Source of the DNA: Octopus vulgaris
Lineage: Eukaryota
DNA length: 64,000 nt
Direction of reading: 5' to 3'
Assembly: GCA_951406725.2 (NCBI GenBank)
Contig: OX597840.1
Span: 18,910,001 to 18,974,000 of the forward strand
The notes below the pieces were generated by a model. It saw nothing but the letters and a program-made list of their open reading frames with translations, had not been told where the DNA came from and did no database searches. Every line of letters starts with the position of its first letter. Within the stretch, counting starts at the first letter, position 1. Shown here in pieces: positions 1 through 13,389 of this stretch. A program made the translations under genes and the position numbers.

Positions 1-1330
1 GAGTGGATAAGGAATTTAAGTTTATACTAGAAAACGTTTATGAGTTTGTTAATAGACTTATACACACAGTAAAATGATTGAGTGGCTTAGAAGTGGAAGA
101 AAAGTATAAAAATATCCCTAAACCTTTTGGGATCCCTAAACTACATAAAGTTCCTTTTAAAAGTAGATTCATAGCAAGAGCTAGTAACTGTGCAAATAAA
201 CAGCTAGCTTTATTGGTTAAAGATGCTTTAAAAGTTGTTAGAACATATTTTTAAAAATACTGTGAGGAAATTTGTGACAGTTCAGGAATTAAATATTTTT
301 GGAGTATTAGATCAATTAAGAAATTTCTGGAAAGATTGATCAACGGTGGTGCCCCAGCATGGCCGCAGCCTTCGGACTGAAACATTTTTAAGGATTTAAG
401 GATTTAAGGAAATGTAAGGAAGTTAAGAGTATGTATGTGTATGATTTTTCGATACTATATACAAACTTAAATCTTAAATGTGTTGAAGATAGCATTTTTA
501 GAATATTAGATATTATTTTTAATAAAGGATATAAATATCTTTAAAGAATAGTAAAGGTTTAATGTCTAATTACTGTTATAAGGGATATACTAATATAAGC
601 AAAAGAAAGATGAAAATTTGATTAGTTTTGTTATTAATAATTCGTTTGTTATGTTTGCGGATAGGGTGTTTAAACTGGTTAGGGGAATTCCAATGGGTGG
701 CAATTGCATCCCTCTGTTGGTGGATCTTCATCTTTCTTCATGCGAGTTCCTTTTTCTTAAAGACTTATGTGCGAGGAAAAAGATTGGTTTACTTAAAGCA
801 ACTTAATGGATGTTGCAGATACATAGATGATATATTATTTACCTAATTATGGTTTCTTTAAATTTTTACTCAGAAGAATTATACCCTTGTGAGCTTATAA
901 CCACCAGAAATGGTAACAATATAAGGAATATTAATTACTCAGATGTCAATTTAGTATTTAAGGATAATAATGATATATGTACTGACATTTATAATAAAAC
1001 AAAAGATTTTGGTTTCCAAGTAGCTTCAATGCTATGGTTAATAAGTAAAATTCCTTCTTTTATTAGTTATGGTGCTTTATCAGGGCAAATTGTCAGCTAT
1101 AGTACTATCATTAATAATGCTAATAAATGTTTGTGTACAATAAATAACTGTCAAGCCACTTAATAATACAAGGGTATAGATATGGTAAATTAGTTAAAAC
1201 TTTTAATCGCTGTTTAGGTGGGAGACTTGAAATTTTAAATAAATATGGGGTAATATCTAGTCTTCAACTTTTAAGTTCTGCAAGTGATGAACATGACAAA
1301 ATGTGGCTTGACAAAATGTGTTGATACTTT
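1..1330 (+). pseudogene. Degenerate Penelope-like element reverse transcriptase (frameshifts and stops), possibly Naiad-type
   Basis: Motifs in order: IPKPFGIPKLHKVPFKSRFIA (~113-176), YDFSILYTNL (439-468), GIPMGGNCIPLL (~682-717), CRYIDDI (~814-834), IYNKTKDFGF (~987). No GIY-YIG motif follows before the AT-rich tail. Confidence 0.85.
345..409 (+). mobile_element. Very short LINE/SINE 3' tail inserted into the PLE RT
   Basis: ggtggtgccccagcatggccgcagccttcggactgaaac followed by (atttaagg)x3; matches the tails at 33343-33392 and of SINE family A. Confidence 0.7.
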
Positions 1331-1812
1331 GTAGTGTTATTATCTTTTAAACAGTTTTAATTTAACTTTAATCATAGCAAACTATTATAAAAATATATAT
1401 TCTATATTCTCCTCATGAAATAATTTTCAATGAATAATTTGATTTACTGGACTTCAACTGCATAGGACTACACATTGCACTCCTACGCATTAGTTTACTG
1501 TGTGGTATATAGCTGCGTGCACTAAAAGAGCTTTTTTGTGATTACCACTGGATTAGATAAATCCATATGTTATGTATTATATATATGACAAAAGAAAGAA
1601 AACTCACACAGTTTATATATTTTATAAGATAAAATATAATGATGGTGTACCGCTTTCGCAGTTTGCTAATCATGACTGGGAAATTGGGGGAAAATAGTGC
1701 ATTTTCGTATTATCTTAAGGAGTTTTTAGTCCATATTGTTTGTATGAGAGTTTGTTTGTAAATGACCCAGCATGAAGAAGAATCTAAGGATAGGAAAGTG
1801 AAATATTTTTGG

Positions 1813-1857
<45 letters not shown>

Positions 1858-1862
1858 TCTCT

Positions 1863-2239
1863 CTTTTTTACTTGTTTCAGTCATTTGACTGCGGCCATGC
1901 TGGAGCACCGCCTTTAGTCGAGCAAATAGACCCCGGGCCTTATTCTTTGTAATCCCAGTACTTATTCTATCGCTCTCTTTTTGCCGAACCGCTAAGTGAC
2001 GGTGACATAAACACACCAGCATCGGTTGTCAAGCAATGCTAGGGGGACTAACACAGACACACAAACACACACACACACATATATGTATATATACATATAT
2101 ACGACGGGCTTCTTTCAGTTTCCGTCTACCAAATCCACTCACAAGGCTTTGGTCGGCCCGAGGCTATAGTAGAAGACCCTTGCCCAAGATGCCACGCAGT
2201 GGGACTGAACCCAGAGCCATGTGGTTGATAAGCAAGCTT
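1863..2239 (-). mobile_element. SINE family A (tRNA-derived), head truncated
   Basis: Reverse complement of the 50086-50503 copy (gggttcagtcccactgcgtggca...ccagcatggccgcagtcaaatgactgaaacaagtaaaa). Confidence 0.9.
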
Positions 2240-2375
2240 TGCATATATATGCAATCTTTCGAGTATTGCCTAGGTTGCTATTCAGGAGTCTTTTCATCAA
2301 TCTGAGTTCAAATCCAGCCGGATTTAACATTGCTTTTCGTCCTTTTGGTGAATCAGTCCTACACTGGAATTGGCT

Positions 2376-2406
<31 letters not shown>

Positions 2407-2733
2407 AACTGTCTCTTCCTCACTTCTTCTGGAAGAAATCCCTCGTGATCCACTCTGGAGAGGGATCGGCAACCCCAGTTTTAAGAAATACTGGAGAAAG
2501 GCCGCAGTCTTCGAGGGATCCCTACGACTGCCTAGCTGCAATCCCTCTGGAATTGCCTCCTAGTCTGAATCGTGGTCTTCACTGGTTAGCAATAGACGAA
2601 TATAACTCAAGCATCTTTCGATACCGTTTTCTTTCTCCTCTTTTCTTTCGTTCTTTCATTTTCTCTTTGATGTTTAAGTAATTAACTCAATAAATAAATA
2701 CCTAATTATTTTTCAGCTGCTAGATTATCATCG

Positions 2734-2773
<40 letters not shown>

Positions 2774-3007
2774 TATATGCATATGTATATGTATGTATAT
2801 ATACACATACATAATATACGTATATTTATTTTCAAACATAACACACACACACACACTTTTATTAAAGCCGACAAAATGTTTACAAACTGTTCCTCAGATT
2901 TTCATTTTACTGTTCGTCGGACAGTTGCGTATATATTAATGCATGTATATATGCACACGCACATATAAATATATAGGTAAAGTTATGTGTGAGTGTGCAG
3001 TAGTAGC

Positions 3008-3063
<56 letters not shown>

Positions 3064-3701
3064 GTTTGACGTGACTGTGGTAAGCGTAGAATAGATAAGA
3101 ATTGAGTTCGTGCTTAGAGTGATAAAATTCTTTCTTCCAGCTATATATAGCTTTATATCTTTTACTTGTTTCACTCACTGGACTGCATCCATGATGGGGC
3201 ACCACTTTGATGAGGGCAGTTGAACAAACTGACCCAAGTATATTTATTTTTTTACGCCTAGCACTTACTCCTCTTCGAGCCGTTACGCCGAACTAGTTGT
3301 CAGGCGATGGTGGTCACAAGCGGAAAGGAGACATACGTACATATATCCATATCTGACCCACTCTCTCTCTCTTTCTCGCTCTTTCTTTCTCTTTCTATAT
3401 ATATAAATATAAATAAAATTAAATAAGGGTAGAAATTGATATTAACCAATTAAAACCAGTGGCCTAGCATATTTAAAAAATCCGAAGATTAAAAATTTTT
3501 TTACATACAAAATTTAAAGGACTGACCACTAAAAAAGTGGACAGCTTATATGCTAGATATAGACGTCAAATCGCCATTTTCCACGAAGAATGTGTTCTCA
3601 AGAAAAAATTCAGCAAAAAAACCAAAGCGTAAAAATAAGCAAAACAAATGAAAATATACGAAATAAAAATATAAATATAACTATATATATATGTGCATAT
3701 G

Positions 3702-3735
<34 letters not shown>

Positions 3736-3757
3736 TGTATGTATGTATGTATGTATG

Positions 3758-3805
<48 letters not shown>

Positions 3806-4200
3806 CATACATACATACATGCACATACACTTGGAAATGGGTGCGTCGCGTTCAATTAAATAATATATAATATATATACATATGCATATATGGATACAGG
3901 ACATCACCAATGGTGCAAACAACATGAAATACGTAAAGAAACGAGTTAGATACGTAAACAACGAGAGAAAAAACACAGAGAAACGACCTTTCATCGGTTG
4001 TAGGCTGACTATCTACTCCTCATTTCGAGCATTCAACGACAATATGAGTCTTCAAAACCAGTCTGTTTACTTATGAACTTTGGACGTACTTGTACGAAGG
4101 AAGTAAAAGACTTTTTTCAAATATTTTTCAAACATTAAAAAAAAAATTATTTAAAAAAATATTTTAATCGTCTGATGAAGCTTTTATAGTCGGTAGACAT

Positions 4201-4600
4201 TTACTCTTTTACTCTTTTACTTGTTTCAGTAATTTGACTGTGGCCATGCTGGAGCACCACCTTTAGTCGAGCGAATCGACCCCAGGACTTATTCTCTGTA
4301 AGCCTAGTACTTATTCTATCGGTCTTTTTGCCGAACTGCTAAGTTACGCGCACGTAAATACACCAGCATCGGTTGTCAAGCGATGTTGGGGGGACAAACA
4401 CACACACACAAGCATAAAAAAAAATATATACATATATACAACGGGCTTCTTTCAGTTTCCGTCTACCAAATCCACTCACAAGGCTTTGGTCGGCTCGAGG
4501 CTATAGTAGAAGACACTTGCCCAAGGTGCCACGCAGTGGGACTGAAACGGGAACCATGTGGTTGGTAAGCAAGCTACTTACCACACAGCCACTCCGCGCC
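4201..4600 (-). mobile_element. SINE family A, near full length
   Basis: Head ggcgcggagtggctgtgtggtaag, B-box-like gtttcagtccc, shared body, (agtaaaag)n tail. Confidence 0.9.
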
Positions 4601-5584
4601 TATTTATTTTATTTTATTTTTACCTTTACTTATTTTATATCTGTCTATTAGGGTTTTTTAATAGTTTTGAATTTTTAGCCGATCATGGGCCGTTCTATTT
4701 GCCTTTTATTCGATTATATATTTTTACCTTCTGTGGTTTTATGTATTGTATATGTATTATTTTTTTATGTGTTTGGGAGCCATGGTGATTTTTATATATG
4801 ATTAAATGTTTGAGGGGTGGTGTTGTATGTAAAGTCGTTGACCCAAATTTAATGTTTCTTCTATATAATTCTCTTGTTGTAGCTTTGATTTTAATTGAGT
4901 CTTTGTTTCTTAAAATCTGTTTTAAAAAAACCACTGCAAGTGTCCCGCAGTAAATTTCAAATCCCAATTCATTTTCCCACCCCACGCTCACACCACTCGC
5001 GTTCACGGCAAACACAGCTATGAATTTTTACTCATCATAAAATTTCATTCAGAACAAGATACGAATTGCATCTTAACAATAAGTTCGTCTAGAACCATTT
5101 TGCGATATGTCTTTTATAATTTTTTCCCATTATTTCTGCAATTAAAGTTGAATATGTTAACAAGACAAAAAAGAATATTTAGAATATTTCTTGTGTGTTC
5201 TTGAAGTGAATTGTTTCGTTTTCACATAGAAATTAAAATATTTCGTTCATAAATAGTTTTTAAAATATTCTATTAATGAAATATAGAAAGGAATACATGA
5301 GAAAAATATGAATGCCTGCAAATGGTGTATGCCTCTTATATATATATAAATTTTTTTTTTTTTTGGAAAAACGCCATTTTGAAATAAATTAATTTGAACA
5401 CAATAAAAGAATATATTAATTTAAATATTTACTGCGTGAAAAAAAAATTAAACAATTAAAAGAAATATCGAATTTTTGTTGATTATTCTGTAATGTTTTG
5501 ATTTGATATTGAGAAAAGAGAATACGTCTCAATTAGCATTGTTGTTGGTTTGGTTACAAATACACCGATGGCGTCTTGTAATAG

Positions 5585-6140
5585 TTGACCGAAGAGATAT
5601 ATGTTCGAAACAACGGGTGTTCTAAAGTTCCCTTATGCTACCGAATCAAGTGCATTATAAACACATTAGGGAGAAAAAAGTACTGTTTTATGTAGATGAA
5701 GTTCAACAGCGATTAGCATATTAACGTTCGAATCTGCCGGAACATACTAAGAATAAATATATAAGTCAATGTTTTGATTCTCGCTGTTGTTTGTTCACGT
5801 TATGGTTTCTAAACGGTTTGGTAGACATCAGTAGATTCAGCAAATTTGCTTGCTGATTTCAGTCCTATAAACAAGAGCCAGAAACTCCCCAGATTCATTG
5901 GTTCAGCGATACTTTGACTGAAAAGACACAACAATGTCGAAACATTGGCGTCTCAAAGTCCTCTTGCCTCAATGAATCGAATGTGTTATGAACATACAAT
6001 GTCTGAAAGGAGAAGTCGTTCGCCGTAGACAAAAATACAACAGCGATTAGCATATCAACGTTCGGATCTGCCGGAACGCATTACACATGAATATTTCAAC
6101 ATACGCTGTTCTTTGAGCACATGACAATTTATAGTTTGCT
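5585..6140 (+). repeat. Diverged tandem of ~330-bp units, each starting with an HHR-like motif
   Basis: HHR-like motifs at ~5585 and 5913; conserved block caacagcgattagcata.yaacgttcg.atctgccggaac at 5704 and 6038 (offset 334). Confidence 0.7.
5913..5957 (+). ncRNA. Minimal type I hammerhead-like motif (one core substitution)
   Basis: tttga CTGAAAA gaca-caacaa-tgtc GAAA cattggcg TC tcaaa. Confidence 0.55.
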
Positions 6141-6393
6141 GATGATTTTACTGGTTTCAGACATACGACTGCAGCCATACTGGGTCTCCACCATCAAGGA
6201 TTCATATTAACTGCCAGTGCTTCCTCTGGTACTTATATCATCGTTCTCTCGCAAATAATTAAATGCAAAGAGGCACTAGCGTAAGTTAACGCAGTCGGAC
6301 CTAAGAACTACAAGGTATTGCTACTTCAATTTCTAATTATTTGCGACCCCGCTCGTACATACACATATCTATGTATTTTTCTTGTATCTGTCT

Positions 6394-6497
<104 letters not shown>

Positions 6498-6964
6498 ATT
6501 CCTCTGTGTGTTTGTGTGTGTGTGTGTATGATCAGGTTGAAAAATTGTTAAGACACTAGGATATTTTCCTACTTTTCTTAACTTAACATGAAACCAATGG
6601 TAGTCTTAATTCACAAATAAAGAAATTACGTCCACCAATGCGTTGTCGAGCACTCACTTTCATTGTTCGACATTTATGTACACACACACACACACGCACA
6701 CACAAACACGCACACTCACACACACAAACACACACACACACACACACAAACACACACGCACATACAAAGACACACACACACACACACGCACACACACACA
6801 CATATATATATCTGCATAGTCACACAAAGACACACACATACATGGACACGGACACACACACACACACACCTCTCTTTCCTTCGTAAAATAATTATAAAAC
6901 AGCACTTCTTCATTTCTTTTTCTCTCCTTATTTTTAATAATTTCCAAATAATTTCATTTTGTAA

Positions 6965-7008
6965 TCATAGACAGCCTGTTTCGGAAATTTAATTTCCTCA
7001 TCAGTGCG
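6965..7008 (-). ncRNA. Type I hammerhead ribozyme motif (weak stem I)
   Basis: rc: cgca CTGATGA ggaaa-ttaaa-tttcc GAAA cag-g-ctg TC tatg. Confidence 0.65.
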
Positions 7009-7495
7009 TTGTGTTCCTCTGAATTAACCACATAAAGTGCTTCAACAAGTTCATAAAATTAGACAATGACACTCGAAAAGATTGGCAAATTTCCTATGCT
7101 GCCAAAATAGAAATTTTGGCGACATGAAGCTTACATTTTTCGCTTTTGCAATAAAATTTACAATGAAGTACATCGGATATTTGTAGCTCATTAAAAGGTT
7201 TATTTATTAGCGTATTGTTACACGTTAAAAAGTTTTCATTTTTTAAAAATATATTTATTGTATATTATTGGTGTTGATATATGGTTCAGGGAATTGAATT
7301 CTGTGTCCTGTTTTATAAGGTTTTTGCTGATGGGTTTGTTTGGCGCGTGGTTTCGATATTTTAATAAGTATTGTCACCTTTCGTACTTGATGCATTCTCG
7401 TTCTAATTCTATTGTTCTATAAGCCAGTCCATCAAATTGCTAGAATACCCGCTGTTTATCTGATTACTATATATCAAAATTGTTTATATAGATAA

Positions 7496-7567
7496 GGAGG
7501 ATGGTGGTGTAATGGTAGTACACCCATCGAATGTTAGAAGGAGTAGGTTCGATTCCCATAGTCTCTG
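7496..7567 (+). pseudogene. Degenerate tRNA-like Pol III cassette
   Basis: A-box TGGTGTAATGG with D-stem gtgt/acac; B-box GGTTCGATTCC; acceptor and anticodon stems are broken. Confidence 0.45.
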
Positions 7568-7586
7568 CTGTCCAAATTTCTTGTTT

Positions 7587-7874
7587 AGGCGCAGGCGTGG
7601 ATGTGTGGTAAGAAGCTTTCCTTTTGTGGTCAATAAAGTGATGGCAGTTTGATTGGGGTGGGAACCATATCTACCAAACAGAGATATTTCTTTCAGTTAA
7701 TTAAAGAAATCTAGTTTTTTTAAATAAATAAGAAATAAGAAGCTTTCCTTTTAATCCCATTGTTCCGGGTTCAGTCCCACTGCGTGGCACATTGGGCAAG
7801 TGTCTTCTACTATAGCCTCGGCTGATCAAAGGCGTGTGAGTGGATTTTGTAGTCGGAAACTAAAGAAACCCGTC

Positions 7875-7877
<3 letters not shown>
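7587..7877 (+). mobile_element. SINE family A 5' half with a ~120-bp interruption
   Basis: Head at 7587; taagaagctttcctttt occurs at ~7609 and ~7736, on either side of unrelated sequence. Confidence 0.75.
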
Positions 7878-7923
<46 letters not shown>

Positions 7924-7977
7924 CATACATACATACACACACAAACACACACATACATACATACGTATATATATATA

Positions 7978-8025
<48 letters not shown>

Positions 8026-8031
8026 CATATG

Positions 8032-8073
<42 letters not shown>

Positions 8074-8246
8074 GTATATATGCATGTATGCATGTATGTA
8101 TATATGTATGTGTGTGTATGTGCGTGTCTATTCGGAATACCCTTATTATCACATACTCGTAATACAGACTTATTTACAGACGCATAGACTCCACTCCCTC
8201 TCTCTCCTTTTCTGTGTGTCGGTTTCAGTCTCTGTCTGTTTGTCTT

Positions 8247-8287
<41 letters not shown>

Positions 8288-8361
8288 CTATTACGCATAT
8301 TTATAATTACCTTACACCCCCTTCGGTTTTTCATTAAATCGATTTTGTTTATTCGTCTATG

Positions 8362-8588
8362 CCTACCTACCTACATATCCACCAACCTACCTACCTACCT
8401 ACCTACCTACCTACCGACCTACCTACCTACCTACCTACCTACCTACATACCAACCAACCTACCTACCTACCTACCTACCTACCTACCTACCTACCTACCT
8501 ACCTACCTACCTACCTACCTACCTACCTACCTACCTACCTACCTACCTACATACCTACCTACCTACCTACCTACCTATCTATCTGTCA

Positions 8589-8646
<58 letters not shown>
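8362..8646. repeat. (ACCT)n followed by (ATCT)n microsatellite
   Basis: Direct reading. Confidence 0.95.
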
Positions 8647-8845
8647 TTAATTATTTCTATTATTTGTCATTGTGTATATAATCTTACATAATTCTCATAC
8701 AAGGCTTTGTTATTGGTCAGTGGAGCATGGCACTGACAGAACTTAAGTGATAAATTAGCCAAGCAAAAAGAGACATCCCATCGCCATCGCCACCTCTTCC
8801 ACCTCAACAACCAGCACCACCGCCGCCGTCGCCACCACCACTACC

Positions 8846-8900
<55 letters not shown>

Positions 8901-8929
8901 CACATATATATTTATTATATATATATCTA

Positions 8930-9702
8930 AATACAAAATAGGACAAGAACGCAAAACATCCAGATAGACGATACAAAAAAACAAGGATGGGTTATTCGAA
9001 GCTTTCTATCCTCAGTCAAGAACCGGATCATCCTCGCAATTTAGGCTGATTAATCTTGAGATTGCTCCAATTTGGCCAACCCCAAGGAAAAACTAAGCTA
9101 AGGGTATTAGATTCCTTGGAAGAAAGCGTCGAATGTATACAAAAACAAGGACAGAAAAACAGACAATGTTACACAAATATAAATATAATAGATACAATAT
9201 AAAAAATATAAAAATAATAACAGGACATAACAGGTGTCTTTCGACTGGGGACGAATTGAATTAAGCTGGCGCGTGTGGAAATGAAGCCTTACGGCAGAGA
9301 TACAGAACTTTCACAAACACAGGGAAGAACATTGATGTTGCACGGACGACGGTCATACCCACAAAGGGCGAGGAGTAGACCGATCGGTCACGTGGGAAGA
9401 GAAGAGAGAGAAAAATAGAAGCAGAGGGACAAAAGAATTTAGGAGGGGGAAGAGAAGAGAGAGAGAGTTGTAGAAGCAGATGGACAGAAGAATTAAAGAG
9501 GGTGATAAAAAATGACAGGGACATAGTGAAGTGAAACGTGGAAGGAAGTAAGAAGAGAAGGCAAAGAAATGCGAGAGAGGGGGAATGAAAGAACGAAGAG
9601 TGGAATGAACGAATAAGCGTGAAGGGGCTGATAGAAACAGAATCGTATAAGACTCTGCAAAACGTGCACCCACATATAAGAGAACAAAATGTACGTACGC
9701 CG

Positions 9703-9745
<43 letters not shown>

Positions 9746-9922
9746 CAAAATGGGACAGAACGCAAAACATCCGGACAACTAGGTGATACAAAAAGGGACA
9801 ACAAAACATCCAGATAGACGATACAAAAAATAAAAACAAAACAAGGATAGGTCATTCGAAGCTTTCTATCCTCAGTCAAGAACCGGATCGTCTTCGCAAT
9901 TTCGGGTGATTAATCTTGAGAT
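8930..9922 (-). mobile_element. Non-coding ~810-bp unit plus partial direct repeat, bounded by (TA)n
   Basis: 8930-9062 recurs at ~9742-9922; a fragment of the same family lies at 28718-28852. Confidence 0.7.
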
Positions 9923-10051
9923 ATATATATGAGTACAGGACGTCACTAAGAGCTAATAACATGAAATACGAAAACAAATGCATTATGTATGTATGTATGT
10001 ATGTATGTATGTATGTATGTATGTATGTATGTATGTATGTATGTATGTATG

Positions 10052-10116
<65 letters not shown>

Positions 10117-10154
10117 GTATATATATATATTTATATGTATATGTATATATATTA

Positions 10155-10517
10155 TAAAATGAGATAAGGGTTGACAATTCAACCCACCATGGGATAACAT
10201 ATATCCAATATACTGCTAGAGAGGTACCCAACAAGACTAATACATAAATGTTAAAAATTGCCATGCAATTAGTTCATCTACTGTATTATGTGGGCAAAGG
10301 TAAAAATATTACCGTAAATTAATACTACAAAATTAGAAAATGGAGAAACATACTTAAATCAATCAAACATCAACCATCAGATGATACCCAATCAATACCA
10401 TTACATAACAGTAAAGGCATTATACAAAATATACTGTAATGGTATTGATTGGGTATCATCTGATGGTTGATGTTTGATTGATTTAAGTATGTTTCTCCAT
10501 TTTCTAATTTTGTAGTT
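10155..10517. repeat. pLTR-like fragment ending in an inverted repeat (10324-10404 / 10435-10516), between (TA)n tracts
   Basis: Arms are reverse complements; left part is homologous to 52338-52560. Confidence 0.8.
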
Positions 10518-10948
10518 ATATGTATATATATATATGTATACATGTATATATATACATATGCATATATATATGTATATATATATATTATTTATATTATTAT
10601 TTGACTGAACGTCACGCATCCGTTTCTAAGTAAGATTATCTAAATCTTTTTCCTGCGACTCTATACAGTTTTCTTCCTCATCATTTTTTCTCACCCTTTT
10701 CTCTAATTCCATTTTTCTCTCCTTCACCGTTTTCTATCTGTCTTTCTCTCGCTCTTAATCCTTTTCTCTCTCTCTCTCGTTGCTCACACGTGACCATCGT
10801 GGTCACCTTTCTTTTCTTTCAGGACTGTTCCATGGACTGGACGTAATCTATCTCTCTTTTCTCATAAATAGTGATGTTTTTGAAGCAAAAACATCACTAT
10901 TTTGAAGGGTAAAATTCAATCATTACACATTAGGTGAAATTATTAAGA

Positions 10949-10999
<51 letters not shown>

Positions 11000-11322
11000 G
11001 TTTGTGTGTGCGTGTATGTATACGTAACTACCGGTGAACTCCGCCTAGCAAATTATTTTAATTGTTAATTAGAGTTTGAAATCTGGGTATGGCTGTAAAA
11101 AACAAGGTAAAAGCTTTATTTTTCATTCCCTTCAAAAATTGCTCTTAAATGTGGTTTTGGTCGTTTTGACTGCTTCTTCTAGCGTGTAAGGTTGTCTGTT
11201 AAAAGTCGCCTCTCCTGTGTTTAAATGTACATTGATTTTGTATGGAGAATATGTTGTATATTGACTATACATGCTGGGCCACTGCTAGTGAAATGTCTAC
11301 CTATATATTTTACGAATGTATG

Positions 11323-11397
<75 letters not shown>

Positions 11398-11428
11398 ATA
11401 TTTATATATCTATATATATCTATATATA

Positions 11429-11465
<37 letters not shown>

Positions 11466-11479
11466 TCTTGTATGTATGC

Positions 11480-11526
<47 letters not shown>

Positions 11527-11833
11527 CACATGTATATATATATGCATACACATATATATACGCACACACGTGTGTGTGGTTGTGTGTGATGCAAAATTTC
11601 ATTAAGAATCTGAAATTTAATTAACTAAAATTTTATAGAACGCTAATTAAAAATTTGAATATTTCTCATCATGTTTGTTTCATTATTCAGAGTCAAAAAA
11701 ATAAAATTTGTCTAGTAAGACAATATTTCTGAGAATAACGTGTGTGTGTCTTTGTGTGTATGTGTGAGTGTGTGCATATATATATATATATATATATGTA
11801 TGTACGTATGCATATATATATGAATGTGTGTGA

Positions 11834-11865
<32 letters not shown>

Positions 11866-11876
11866 ATATGTATATG

Positions 11877-11934
<58 letters not shown>

Positions 11935-12095
11935 GTATAATAGAGAAATTGTACAAAATGTATAAGTGGATGATGAGGAAAGCACCGGTACAGTTTCAGT
12001 TACCTTTTGTTATCTGTAGATTTATTGCAGGAACTTCGTAATGGCGGTTGGGGTAACAGTAGTAATAAAATAGGAGATGGAATGTGTAATAGATT

Positions 12096-12152
12096 TTATT
12101 GGGTACAACACATGTTTCGACCCATTCTGGGTCTCTTCAGGCACATCAATAA
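12096..12152 (-). ncRNA. Type I hammerhead ribozyme motif
   Basis: rc: ttattg-at-gtgc CTGAAGA gaccc-agaat-gggtc GAAA ca-tg-tg TT gtac-c-caataa. Confidence 0.75.
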
Positions 12153-12398
12153 AAGTCTCACTAGAGATTTCTTGAGTCGGCTTACGTACCGCTATATGTC
12201 TATCAGATTCGAGAATGAGTAAAATCAGAGAAAAAAGTTCAAGTATGAATGTGGAAAGTTTACATTCTAGCTTAGAGAAAATGATGTAATCAGCTTTCGC
12301 TGTTAAGAGAAAGAAAAGGAAGTAGAAGTTGAAAGGGAGATAATACTTAGACGAAAATTCTTTTTGTGTTCGAGCTTAGACACATATATACACACACA

Positions 12399-12475
<77 letters not shown>

Positions 12476-12876
12476 TCTGTCTATAGCACTTATTCAGCAT
12501 TACATGGCACTTTTGTATCTCAATGACACCATTATCTCTTATATATATATACGCAATATACATACGCAATATACATACGCACTTACACAGGCAAATCCAA
12601 GTATATGGGCATATACATACAACTAGATACACGCGCATAGCACATGTATGGACGAATATATACATATATATGCATAGGAACTCGTATACGCAGGTACACA
12701 TGTTTATATATACGTAAATATACGTATATAGCATAGATAAATATGTGCATAGATTCGTACGTAAAGCAAGATGCAGACGTCTGTGCAAAGCTTGAAACAC
12801 ACACACACACGTGTCAATACACTCGCGTATACACATAAGCAAATATATATACATATGTATTTACGTATATATATAC

Positions 12877-12958
<82 letters not shown>

Positions 12959-13011
12959 GTATATATATTGTTATATTTCGGAATGGTCATATTGCCAGTT
13001 TAGCCAATAAA

Positions 13012-13064
<53 letters not shown>

Positions 13065-13126
13065 ATAGAAATGGCAAGACAACAAAAGAATGAAAGAGAC
13101 CTCGATATTATGTAAATAGAGGAATT

Positions 13127-13325
13127 TATCTGTAAATGTAATATGTGACAATTATTCGGTATTCAAGATAAAACTACGAGTTTCGGATGCCGAGGTGGAA
13201 ATCCACAACACCATCTCTTCAGTTATCCGGATAACTGAAGAGATGGCGGCGTGGATTTCCACCTCGGCATCCGAAACTCGTAGTTTTATCTTGAATAACG
13301 AATAATTGTCACATATTACATTTAC

Positions 13326-13330
<5 letters not shown>
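13127..13330. repeat. Near-perfect palindrome with one HHR motif on each arm (13167-13227 minus, 13230-13290 plus)
   Basis: Centre gttatcc|ggataac; gataa CTGAAGA gatg..catc-c GAAA ct-cgt-ag TT ttatc. Confidence 0.8.

Positions 13331-13389
<59 letters not shown>

Noticed and set aside
4170-4200. CTGATGA motif as a hammerhead
   Set aside because: No GAAA half-core follows before the SINE tail.
7496-7567. Functional tRNA gene
   Set aside because: Acceptor and anticodon stems do not pair; kept only as tRNA-like.
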